Assembly (NCBI GenBank): GCA_951406725.2
Contig: OX597833.1
Span: 28,210,001-28,274,000 of the forward strand
Reading direction: 5' to 3'
Origin: Octopus vulgaris
Taxonomy: Eukaryota
Length of the DNA: 64,000 nt
Below the pieces are notes generated by a model, which worked only from the letters and a program-made list of their open reading frames with translations, had not been told where the DNA came from and searched no databases. The first letter of the stretch is position 1. Every line of letters starts with the position of its first letter. The translations under genes and the position numbers were made by a program. This document shows, piece after piece, positions 53,341-64,000 of the stretch.

Positions 53341-55547
53341 TGGAAAAAAAAAGACAGAGAATTATTAAATTTATCCCAAACACTTTGTGTGTGTGTGTGT
53401 GTGTGTGTAATATCATCAATGTCATCATCATCACTTTAACATCCACTTTTCCATACTTACATGGGTCAAATGAAATTTTGTTGAGGCAGATACCCTTTTT
53501 GTTACCAATGCACATGGCATTAAGATATTTATAGCTCATTACATATATAAGAAAACCAAACATTACCATTTGGTTTTCTTGCAGAATGTATTCCCTGGTA
53601 ATTTCTGCTACTTCTTGTTTCAAGTTATGATATCACATAGTGTGTATTTGATTATTTGCAGAAAAAAAAAATACGTATCTCTCAAGTCATCTTTGCCTGG
53701 AAATACTGGTAATATGTGTTGTTTGCTGAGTAGGTCTAATAAGACTGAAACACATCTATTATTGTCACCCCACTATTATAATTAAACTCAGTATCTACTG
53801 CATTTTTACGTCAATTTAATTAGTACAAGCAAAGAAAAGCAGTCCTCATTGCCTTTGCAGACCTTCTTTAATCAGGAAAATACCTGCAAGTGTTCTATAT
53901 ACCGATTTCCAGTCCAACATTCTAAATCAATGAAATACTTAAGAATCACACAATTCTCCTTCTGTTTGCATTGGTAGTTGTATCTATTATTTAACCTTTT
54001 TACTGGACAGGTACTTATTTACAGCTGGGTCGAATGGCTATGATAATGATGATGAATGATGGTAGTTTCTTGTAGACTGAGAAAGATGGTTCTGCAATTT
54101 CTAGCTGAACAATCTGCACAAATGATTTGTTTTTAATGATCAAATGTTTGTGCTATACATTGATTCTCCCTCCATCAAATCAATGTTGCCTGGATAGATG
54201 CACAGTATACCACATGTCAGGTTTTGAAGTGATTGCTCAAGAACACAATGCAAGGAATTGAAATCACAATCTGACAATCATAAGTGCAACACCCTAACCA
54301 CTAAGACATGCACCCTTGTGACTGACTATACTACAACACATCGCATTTGTTTGCAACTGATGGACCATCTTTCCTTGTGATACACACATACAGCTATAAG
54401 GTTCTTATTTACAACCTGCCTTACATGAGACACAATTTACAGATCAAAAGACCATTTGATAGCAACTTATGTCTTGGCATAAACACATTGCAGGGTTGAT
54501 TCATGCAAATAAATCAATGGCTATTCAGTCTGTGGGGCCAATATCATACCTCTGGTTTGTTGTAGTTGCTCCACTGAGTTAAACATAATTTTAAAAACAC
54601 ATAGTCATAGATTCAATAGAAAGTGGTGATGTTAGTGACAAGCATGTGACATTTCCATGAAAAATCTTCAAATGTCATCTCTTTTGCTCTTCCTACACAG
54701 ACAAGACAATTGTGATAAGCACAAAAATTTGGTGAACTCGTAGGAATTCAGCAAGTGCACTTATTTGGAGGTGTAGTGGAGGTTTTTATAGAGCTAATAG
54801 TGGTGTGTTATATTCTGTGGTATGTTAGAAAACTGCCAAATATAAACTTAATGTGTGTGTGGTGTGTGAGAGATCATCATCATCATCAATGCTTTTCATG
54901 CTGGCATGAGTTAGATGGCCTGACAGGAACTAGCAAGGCCAAGGGCCACACCAGGGTCCTTTTTTCCATACTGGTATGGATTAGATGATTTGACAAGGGA
55001 CCACTGAACCAGAAGACTGCACTGAGCTCCAATGTTTGCTAGTATCATAAAACTAAAAGCACCCAGTACACTGTAAAATAGTTGACATTAGGAAGAAAAA
55101 GCATTAAACCATCCTACCCATACCAGCATAGAAAATGGATGCTAAGTTATGATGATGGTGATAAAATATGTATGTATGTTCATTCTTTTACTTGTTTCAG
55201 TCACTGGACTATGGTCATGCTGGGGCTCAGCTTTGTAGGATTTAGTACATATTTTTCTTTTAAGCCTGATATTTATTCTCTCAGTCTCTTTTTGCCAAAC
55301 CATTAAGTTACAAGGACGTAAACAAACTAATACTGGTTGTCAAGCAGCAAAAGGAAAAAACCAAGTACACACACACACACACACACACATATATAGAATA
55401 TAAAGGAAGTCAGAAAGTACAAGATGAATATATTTATTTCACCATTTGATATCCATAGGTTGGTGGCTGTTTATGTATGTAGCCGGGTCCACTAAAGAAG
55501 CTTTTTTGTTATTACCAATGGATTATATAAATCCATATATTATACAT

Positions 55548-55580
<33 letters not shown>

Positions 55581-55871
55581 CAATAAATGGTGGGGTTGTG
55601 TTGACCGCACGTGGAGAAATGATAGGAGAGGAAAAATTATAATAAGGCAGAAAGCTAAATTGAAAGCAAATTTTAATAAAAATGGGTGTATGGAAAATTA
55701 AAAAAGAAAAAATAATAAAGCAAATCGGTTTTCATTGCAAAGCAAATTTTCAAGATTTGGAAGGGGAAAAGAAATTTTTTTTAAATTGAAAAAGGGGAAA
55801 AAAGAAATTTACAATGTTTTTACATTTTTCAGTTTCTATCAACCAGGATTTAATATATCCATATATTATAC

Positions 55872-55914
<43 letters not shown>

Positions 55915-56339
55915 TTCTTTCAGTTTCTATCAACCAAATCCAAATTCATTCGCAAAGCTTTGGGGCTACAGTGGAAAACACTTGCACAAGGTGCCACATA
56001 GTGGGACCTTATGTATCTAAAAAGGGTCAGAAGTGTTTCCCCCACTTTATATCATCATCATCATCATCGTTTAGCGTCCGTTTTCCGCGCTAGCACGGGT
56101 TGGACGGTTCAACCGGGGTCTGGGAAGCCAGGGGCTGCACCAGGCTCCAGTCTGATATGGCAGTGTTTCTACAGCTGGATGCCCTTCCTAATGCCAACCA
56201 CTCCGCGAGTGTAGTGGGTGCTTTTTACGTGCCACCTGCACAGGTGCCAGGGGAGTCTGGGATCGGCCACGATTGGTTGGTGCTTTTTATGTGCCACCGG
56301 CACAGGTATCACAACTACTATTTCCATTGATATTTATTT

Positions 56340-57090
56340 CGATGTTCATGTACTTGACTCAACAGGTCTCCTCAAGCACAGCGGGATGTTCTGGAATCCA
56401 AGGTACTTAGAATGGGCAGGGGCTATCCAGAACTGGTGCAGGAAGCAGCCCGGGTCTTTGCAGTCACAGCATATCTCCAGAGATCTCGGTCCTTCGCCAT
56501 TGCCTCAGTGAGGCCCAACGCTCTCAGGTCATGCTTGACTACCTCATCCCATGTCTTCCTGGGTCTACCTCTCCTCCTGATACCTTCAACTGTTTGGGAG
56601 TGGCACTTCTTCACACATCTCTCCTCATCCATCCGCAGTACATGACCATACCATCGCAAGCGTCGCTCTTGCACACCACATCTGATGCTTCTTATGTCCA
56701 ACATTTCTCTCAGGGTGCTTACCCTCTGTCATGCGCGCACACTGACATTACACATCCAGCGGATCATGCTAGCTTCATTCCTTTCAAGTCTACGCATGTC
56801 CTCAGCAGTCACAGCCCATGTTTCACTACCGTGAAGCATGGCAGTTCACACACATGCATCATACAATCTACCTTTCAATCTGAATGAGAGACCCTTTGTC
56901 GCCAGTAGGGGTAGGAGCTTTCTAAAATTTGCCCAGGCTATTCATATTCTAGTGGTGACACTCTCTGAGCATCCACCCCCACTACTAACTTGGTCACCTA
57001 GGTAGCAGAAACTATCAACTACTTCTAGTTTCTCCCCCTGGCATGTGATGGAATCTGTTTCCTGAGTCTCTGTGGTGTCTATTGTCCCTA
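56340..57090 (-). mobile_element. RTE LINE 3' fragment
   Basis: EKLEVVDSFCYLGD, MLHGSETW, RRLRWYGHVLRM, GRPRKTWDEVV. Confidence 0.88.
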
Positions 57091-57096
57091 TGTATA

Positions 57097-57258
57097 GGCG
57101 CAGGAGTGGCTGTGTGGTAGGTAGCTTGTTTACCAACCACGTGGTTCCGGGTTCAGTCCCATTGCGTGGCACCTTGGGTATGTGTCTTCTACTATAGCCT
57201 CGGGCTGACCAAAGCCTTGTGAGTGGATTTGGTAGACGGAAACTGAAAGAAACCCGTC

Positions 57259-57305
<47 letters not shown>

Positions 57306-57530
57306 TGTGTGTGTGTTTGTCCTCCTAGCATTGCTTGACAACCGATGCTGGTGTGTTTATGTCCCCGTTACTTAGCAGTTCGGCAAAAGAGACCGATAGG
57401 ATAAGTACTGGGCTTACAAAAGAATAAGTCCCGGGGTCGAGTTGCTCGACTAAAGGCGGTGCTCCAGCATGGCCACAGTCAAATGACTGAAACAAGTAAA
57501 AGAAAGAAAGAAAAAGAAAAGAAAAGAATA
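57097..57530 (+). mobile_element. tRNA-derived composite SINE; related copies ~7155-7460, 36225-36660, 39110-39470, 41993-42085, 47268-47990
   Basis: A-box tggctgtgtgg, B-box ggttcagtccc, internal (TA)n, A-rich tail. Confidence 0.85.
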
Positions 57531-57548
57531 TATATTTATATGTATGTA

Positions 57549-58791
57549 TACATGATAAGATCAATAAGTATTTGGATTGTTGCCATAGTAATGAAGCTAA
57601 AGCATACAGCGTGAAGCCACTTGTCACAGATTGACCTTGAACTCTGCTGTGCATGCACACCAAGTTTTAATGTTCTAGCTCACTCCCACTGTTCACAGCA
57701 GTGCTTGGAAGGAACGTGTGTAGTGTGTGATCATCACATTGACCATGACAGAAAGTTGAGCTGAGAATCTGCACCAAAGTTGCAGAAAATGTATGGAGAG
57801 GAGTGAATGAGCTGCACACAAGTGTACGAGTGGTACAAATGTTTCCAAGATGGCCAAAAATATGTTGATATTGACGACCATTCTGGGAGTTCTGCAACCA
57901 GCAGAACTGACAAAAATATCGTAGATGTGCATACAGCTGTGAGGGGAAATCGTCAAATCACCATCCATGAGTTATCAGAAGATGTGAAGATTAGTTACAG
58001 TTCAGTTCAATCCATTATCACTAAAGATTTGGGTAGAAGATGCATGTCTGCCAAAACTACTTTCCGCTGACCAAAAAGACACTTAGATTTCATTTGCACA
58101 AGATCTCCTTGATTGTGTCGAGAAAGATGAAGACTTTTTAAAAATAGTCATAATGGGTGATGAATTGTGGATCTATGGCTATGACCCTGAAACAATGGCT
58201 CAGTCTTCACAGAGACCAAAGAAAGCACGAATGAATCAGAGCAATGTGAAGACACTGCTGACAGTTTTCTTTGACTACAAGGGGATTGTTCATCATGAGT
58301 ATGCTCCAACTAGTCAGACAGTAAACAAGAAGAACTACTGTGATGTTTTGTGGCATTTGTGAGATACTATTTGTCAGAAAAGGCCACAATTGCATGTGTC
58401 CAATGAGCAGCAATTGCACTATGACAATGCACCTGCCCATTCAGTGCAACTTGTGCAGCAGTTTTTGGCTAGGCACAACATCCCCAGGTCTGACAGCCAC
58501 TGTATTCCCCAGACCTTGCCCCTTGTGATTTTTTCTTCTTTCCAAAAATTAAATCCTGCTTGAAAGGAAGAAAATTTCAGGGTATCAAGGAAATCAAAGT
58601 GAATGAGACGAGGCATCTGCTAATTATCCCAGAAAACGAGTTCCAGGAATGCTTCCATCAATGGAAACTACTGGATTAAGTATGTGGCTTCCAAAGGGGA
58701 CTACTTTGAAGGAGGTTAAGTGCTAAATCAAGATGTGTTGTAGTTTTGTTTTTATAGCACCAATCCGGATAGTTATTGATCAGACCTTGTA
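57549..58791 (+). mobile_element. near full-length degraded mariner element
   Basis: TIRs gatcaataagtatttggattg / caatccggatagttattgatc with TA ends; VYEWYKCF, MGDELWIYGYDPET, VFFDYKGIVHHEY, HYDNAPAH, PDLAPCDF; frameshifts. Confidence 0.92.
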
Positions 58792-58799
58792 TTTATATA

Positions 58800-59020
58800 T
58801 ACAAGGGGATACTGAAAAGTTCCTCACTTTAGGTAAAAGAAAATATAGGGGACTCAATTAATTATGATTTTATTCAGCATATTCCCCTCTCAGATTAACA
58901 CACTTATTGCAGCAGTCCTTCAGTTTTTCTAAGCCCTGTAAAAGAACTCAGAAGGTTTGGCCTCCAACCAGGCTTTTTGCAAAACCTTTAAAGCCAGGAA
59001 CTTTTCAGCACCACCTCATG
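58800..59020. mobile_element. mariner-type MITE
   Basis: acaaggggatactgaaaagttcct / aggaacttttcagcaccacctc. Confidence 0.75.
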
Positions 59021-59699
59021 TGTGTGTGTTATACCATTGTCATCATTTAAAATCCACTTTCCATGCTGTCATGGGTTGAATAGCTTGACAGGAGCTGGCA
59101 AGTCAGAAGATTGTGCAAAGCCCTACTGCCTGCTTTGGCATGGTTCCTACAGCTGGATGTCCTTCCTAACACCAACCACTTAACAACATGGACTGAGTGT
59201 TTTTTACAGGGCACCAGCAACAAAACCCCCCAACTAAAAGATAATAGTATCAGGGAAGGTGCTACTTGAGAGGAATATAAGCAGAGGGACAGGAATAGAT
59301 GCCTTGTAAAAAATATTACATAGCTACCTTTGTATGAGAGAGGGAGAGAGAAAAAATGGTGAAGTTGTAGTGGGAATGGGTACATTCATGTTACAGAAAG
59401 GTGATATGTAAATGAAATGGGACCAAAAAATGAATAAGGTGAATGGGTGGATAAGTTGGCAAGATTGCAAAAGGAGAATGGGAGGTGAAGGGGAAGGTTT
59501 GTTAGGAGGCTACGTTGTAGGGAAGAGATTCAACATAATAGGGGAATACAACAGATGGCAAGAACACATGGGTGGAAGGGAGAGGTTTTGGAAAAATAGG
59601 ATGTTGTGGAGAGGTTTGTCAAGGATGGATTGTGTGCAGGGTCTGTGCCATGAACTTAAAGGACATGCCTTTATTTTACTTATCTGGATGGGTCTTCTC

Positions 59700-61225
59700 A
59701 AGCACAGCAAATTGCTAATTGTCTCAGTCCTTTGTCATCTTTGTGAGGCTCTGCTTCTTTAAATCATTTTTAACCGCTTCACCCCATGTCTTCCAAGGTT
59801 TTCTTCTTCCACAGGTCCCCTCCACATTTAGAGATTGGCACTTCTTTATGCAGCTGTCTTCATCCATATGCATCACATGACCATACTAGTGCAGTCATCT
59901 CTCTTGTATACTACAAACCCAATTTATAATAATGCTTCTTATACCTAATTTTTCTCTCCACACATTTAAACTTTGTTGTACATGCATATGGACATTGCAC
60001 ACTCAACAAAGCATGTTGGTTTCGTTTCATTTCAAGCCTTAGCATGTCCTCTGCAGTCATGGCCCACATTTTCTACCATGTTGCTACTGTTCATACACAA
60101 GCATCATTCATACAATCTACTTTACTCTCTGAGGGAGAGGTCCTTTGTTCAACCAAATTCTAATTTGAGCAACTACACTTTCAGAACATCCTCCTCCACT
60201 GCTAATTTGGTCACTTAGATAATGAAAACTTTCTGTTACCTCTAAAGATCTCCCTGGGCATTGCAGAAAATCTATTTTCTGTGTTCTTAGTGTTTGTATT
60301 TTCTTGTACATCTGCCACACACAAAGACTACTTTCTCTGTTAAACTTCTTGTGATTCCACTGCACTGCTCATTTATCCATAGCTTGCACTGCCAATTCAT
60401 ACCTACATCTTTACTACATATCGAGCAGAACCATTTTCCTGAATAGATTAGTAATTTGTCTACTTTCTTGTTGACTAGTAGTACTGTGATTTTTGCTAAA
60501 TTAACTCTCTCTGTGGCCCTTTCATTCTGAGCCTTGCTTCCACACCTGATATTTCTTCTCTAATTCTACTATAGATTCAGCTATAAGAACAAGGTCATCA
60601 GCATAAAGAAGCTTCCATGAGCAATCACTTTTAAATTCCTCTGTTGTGACCTGGTGGACTATAAAACAAGATGGGGCTAAGAAATGAGCATTGGTGAACT
60701 ACCTACACACTAAACTTGTTGCTACACACGTTGCTGATTTTCACCTTACAGACTGCATCCCTGTACATGACTTGGGCAGCTCTCACCAACCACTCATCTA
60801 CCCCTAGCTTCTGCAGCAACTACCTGATGGTTTATTTTTTACTAAATGCTTCTCCTGCAGGTACCTTGCTAGGAAGATAGAGTCAGTAGTGTTTCTCCCT
60901 GGCACAAAACCAATCTACACCTCTAGGTTAACTATCTTCCTAATGAGTTGAACTATGACCCTTTCTGTAACTTTCTTCATCTGGACCAACAATTTGATAC
61001 CTCTGTAATTACTTCAGTCTACAGTAGTTGACTAGAATGCTAGTCATTGGGTATGACCCCTTTCTGGATGACCTGATTAACTATACAAGTGACTAAGCTA
61101 TATTCCACTTTACCAGATATTTTAAGCATCACAGTGGTAATTCCAGATAGGCCAGGGGCTTTCCCTGTCTTCATATCCTTAATTATTGCCTTATTTATCA
61201 TGTAACTACCAACTCAGATAACTCT
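59700..61225 (-). mobile_element. degraded RTE LINE (same family as 22711-24730)
   Basis: MKTGKAPGLSGITTVMLKISG, KSDCSWKLLYADDLVL, LEVTESFHYLSDQISSGGGCSES. Confidence 0.85.
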
Positions 61226-61262
61226 ATCATACATATACATATATATATATATATATATAAAT

Positions 61263-61725
61263 TAAAAAGTAAGAGTCAAAAGGAAGAGTTAGTATGGTTA
61301 GGCAGCTTTTTAATCACTACAAATGTTTCGATACATACAGATCCTCGTATATACAGGATTTAAAGTTAATTTTAAATTAAATTATGTAATGATTTACCTA
61401 TATAAGAAGATGTATATGTATCTTCTCAGGTGATACTCAGTTGCTGTCTCCATAAGTAAATCTAGATTTCCATGCCACAACATCCATGGCTTCTTCTTTA
61501 AATCCTGTATATACGTTGATCTGTATGTATCAAAACATTTGTAGTGATTAAAAAGCTGCTTAACTGTACTTACTCTTCCTTTTGACCCTTTTACTTTTTA
61601 TTTTCACACACAAGGAATACCTATGACTAGAATTGGTAGCATACCATAAAAATACTACTGGCTAAGGGTGAATGAGCTCTATTTGTACTCTTATACATTC
61701 TTAACAGAACACACCTCAACTGACT
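61263..61725. repeat. fold-back element with degenerate hammerhead, between (TA)n tracts
   Basis: Inverted arms 61263-61365 / 61496-61600; minus strand 61313-61434 reads AUCAC cugagaa GAUACAUA...UAUGUAUC GAAA CA uu UG UA GUGAU. Confidence 0.7.
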
Positions 61726-63024
61726 ATATGTATATATGTATATATATATAAAGAAAAGGGAGGTACACAGGATAAAAACTTTTTTTTTCAGCACTTTCAT
61801 CTCTTTGTGGGATTCATCATGAATCCTTCAAAGGGATGAAAGCACTAAATAAACTCCTTTTTCTCAATATATAAATCTGTACATACCCTAAAACCAAGGT
61901 GCCATGTAAAAAGCATTGATGTGGGTGCTAGTGCCATGTAAAAAGCACTCAGTTCACCTTATAAAGTGGTTGGCATTAGAAAGGGTATCTAGTTGTAGAA
62001 ACCAAGCCAAAACAGATTATGGGACCAAGTGTGGCCCCTGACCAATTCCTATCAAGCTGTCCAACCAATGTTAGCATGGAAAATGGGCGTTAAATGTTGT
62101 TGATGATGACGATGACTTCAGTCTATACACGTGCGTGTACATGTGTATAGATTTGGTAGAATCCATCCATTGGAACCTGAAAGAAGCCCATAGTATATAT
62201 ATATATATATATATGCCTTACTGGCATGTGAACAAAACATTTGAGCGAGGTCGTTGCCAGTGCCGCTGGGCCGACTCCTTTGCAGGTGGCACGTAAAAAA
62301 ACACCATTTCGAGCATGGCGGTTGCCAGTACCGTCAGACTGGCCCTCATGCCGGTGGCACGTAAAAGCACCCACTACACTCTCGGAGTGGTTGGCATTAG
62401 GAAGGGCATCCAGCTGTAGAAACTCTGCCAGATCAGATTGAAGCCTGGCGCAGCCATCTGGTTCGCCAGTCCTCAGTCAAATCGTCCAACCCATGCTAGC
62501 ATGGAAAGCGGACGTTAAATGATGATGATATATATAAAGCTAATAAGTAACAAGGATGTCCAGGTATCCTTGTTATTTGCTTTTTATTCACCTAACTTCG
62601 AGCTGTGCAGACTATACTGAATTGGCTTGGTCCCCCAATTTAAGTACCTAATTCAACTGAGTCACGCATTGAGTCGAACCAGGGGCAGCTCACGAAGGGG
62701 AATTTTCCTTGTATTGTTTGTCTCGCACTCTCTGTTTTTTCGTTAAAAAAAGTCCGTTTCCTTGTTTGATTTTATGTTTTCGTTTCTCGTTGTGTTCTAC
62801 GTTTATTTGTGGTGTCCTGTACTCATATATGCATGTATATATACATATAGATGTAAGTATGTACATATATGTATGTATATATGCATATGTTTTATTTATA
62901 TTATTATATGACCGAACGCACGCGTTGTTTTCTCTTCTCCAAGTAAGTTTTTATTTATTTATATATATATATATATACTTTTGTTTAGTTTGGACTAACA
63001 TATGTTGTGATCCATTAATAAAGT

Positions 63025-63435
63025 AGAATTCTACTATATGGCTCAGAAACCTGGACGCTATCAAAGAAGCTTGAGAGGCGGTTGGATGGAACCTACACTC
63101 GCCTCCTTATGAGAGCTCAAAATCTCTCGTGGAAGCGCCATCCAACCAAAATGCAAATATATGGGAAACTACCACCTGTGTCATCTCTTGTGAAAGGTAA
63201 GAGAGTCCAGTTTGCTGGACATTGTTGTAGAGCTGAAAACGAGGTAATTTCTCCTCTTCTCCTCTGGAAGCCATCTACTCGCGATACCAGAGGGCGGACA
63301 CTCTCCTACCCAGATGTAATCTCCAGGGATACAGGCATCCAGCAACAGGACCTCCGTAATGCCATGATGGACCGTGAAGTCTGGCGTAGCATGGTAAATT
63401 CCATTGTCTCGACCACGGTTGAACAATGATGATGA
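63025..63435 (+). mobile_element. RTE-type (RTE-X-like) LINE 3' end
   Basis: LLYGSETWTLSKKLERRLDGTYTRLLMRAQNLSW...RVQFAGHC...AMMDREVWR, ending in a (tga)n tail. Confidence 0.85.
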
Positions 63436-63843
63436 TTAATAAAGTCTATGAATTTCCATCTGCAAGTTGGCAGAATTGTTAGCACACAAGGCAAAATGGT
63501 TAGTGGCATTTTGTCCATCTATACATTCTGAGTTCAAATTCCGCTGAGGTCCACTTTATCTTTCATCCTTTTGAGGTCAATAAAATAAGTCCCAGTCAAG
63601 CACTGGGGTCAATGAAATCAACTTACCTCTCCCCCGAAATTGCTGGCCTTGTGCCAAAATTTGAAACCATTATTATTATTATTATGAAGGCAGGGAGCTG
63701 GCAGAATCGTTAACATGCCAAGGTCGACTTTACCTTTCATCCTTTCGGAGTCGATAAATTAAGTATCAGTGAAACACTGGGGTTGATGTAATCGACTATT
63801 CCCCTCCCACAAAATTTCAGTCCTTGTGCCTATAGTAGAAAGG

Positions 63844-63890
<47 letters not shown>

Positions 63891-64000
63891 GTGTGTGTGT
63901 CACCAGCGCTTGTTTATGTCCCTGTAACATAGCGGTTCGGCAAAACTGACCGATAGAATAAATACTAGGCTTTAAAAAAATAAATACTGAATCGATTCCT

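Noticed and set aside
55720-55760. HHR-like motif on minus (aaatc ttgaaaa t ttgc ttt gcaa t gaaa acc gattt), between direct repeats atccatatattatacatt
   Set aside because: Two core mismatches and no stem III; cannot be distinguished from chance
57097-57175. tRNA gene
   Set aside because: A/B boxes are present but the sequence continues into a SINE body found in many copies; no convincing cloverleaf
62535-63020. Possible further HHR element (hairpin at ~62535-62585, CTCACGA at ~62689)
   Set aside because: Core altered and no matching GAAA/stem III half before the LINE at 63025

Overview
AT-rich, repeat-dense eukaryotic DNA. The SINE families, RTE LINEs and (TA)n/(CA)n arrays suggest an octopus or other coleoid cephalopod (inference). 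One spliced protein-coding gene is reconstructable by hand on the minus strand: a TatD-family nuclease (TATDN2-like; 7 coding exons, 31148->18995, about 661 aa) with a long Ser/basic N-terminal extension. The rest is mostly mobile DNA: RTE and R4-type LINE remnants, a Penelope-like (PLE) RT/GIY-YIG remnant, mariner/Tc1/pogo remnants, MITEs, a non-autonomous Helitron and tRNA-derived SINEs. The most striking signal is a set of non-coding fold-back (inverted-repeat) elements, unrelated in sequence, lying in or beside (TA)n tracts and carrying type I hammerhead ribozyme (HHR) cores. They are a 4.25-kb palindrome (8511-12758) with a complete HHR at each end, a 1.1-kb inverted plus partial-tandem element (42117-43228) with a minimal HHR and an apparent 561-nt monomer, and degenerate relatives near 8281, 19738, 61313 and 61794. 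This architecture fits non-autonomous PLE/retrozyme-like ribozyme retroelements. All structures were derived by eye; no searches or folding programs were run, and many repeat boundaries are approximate.
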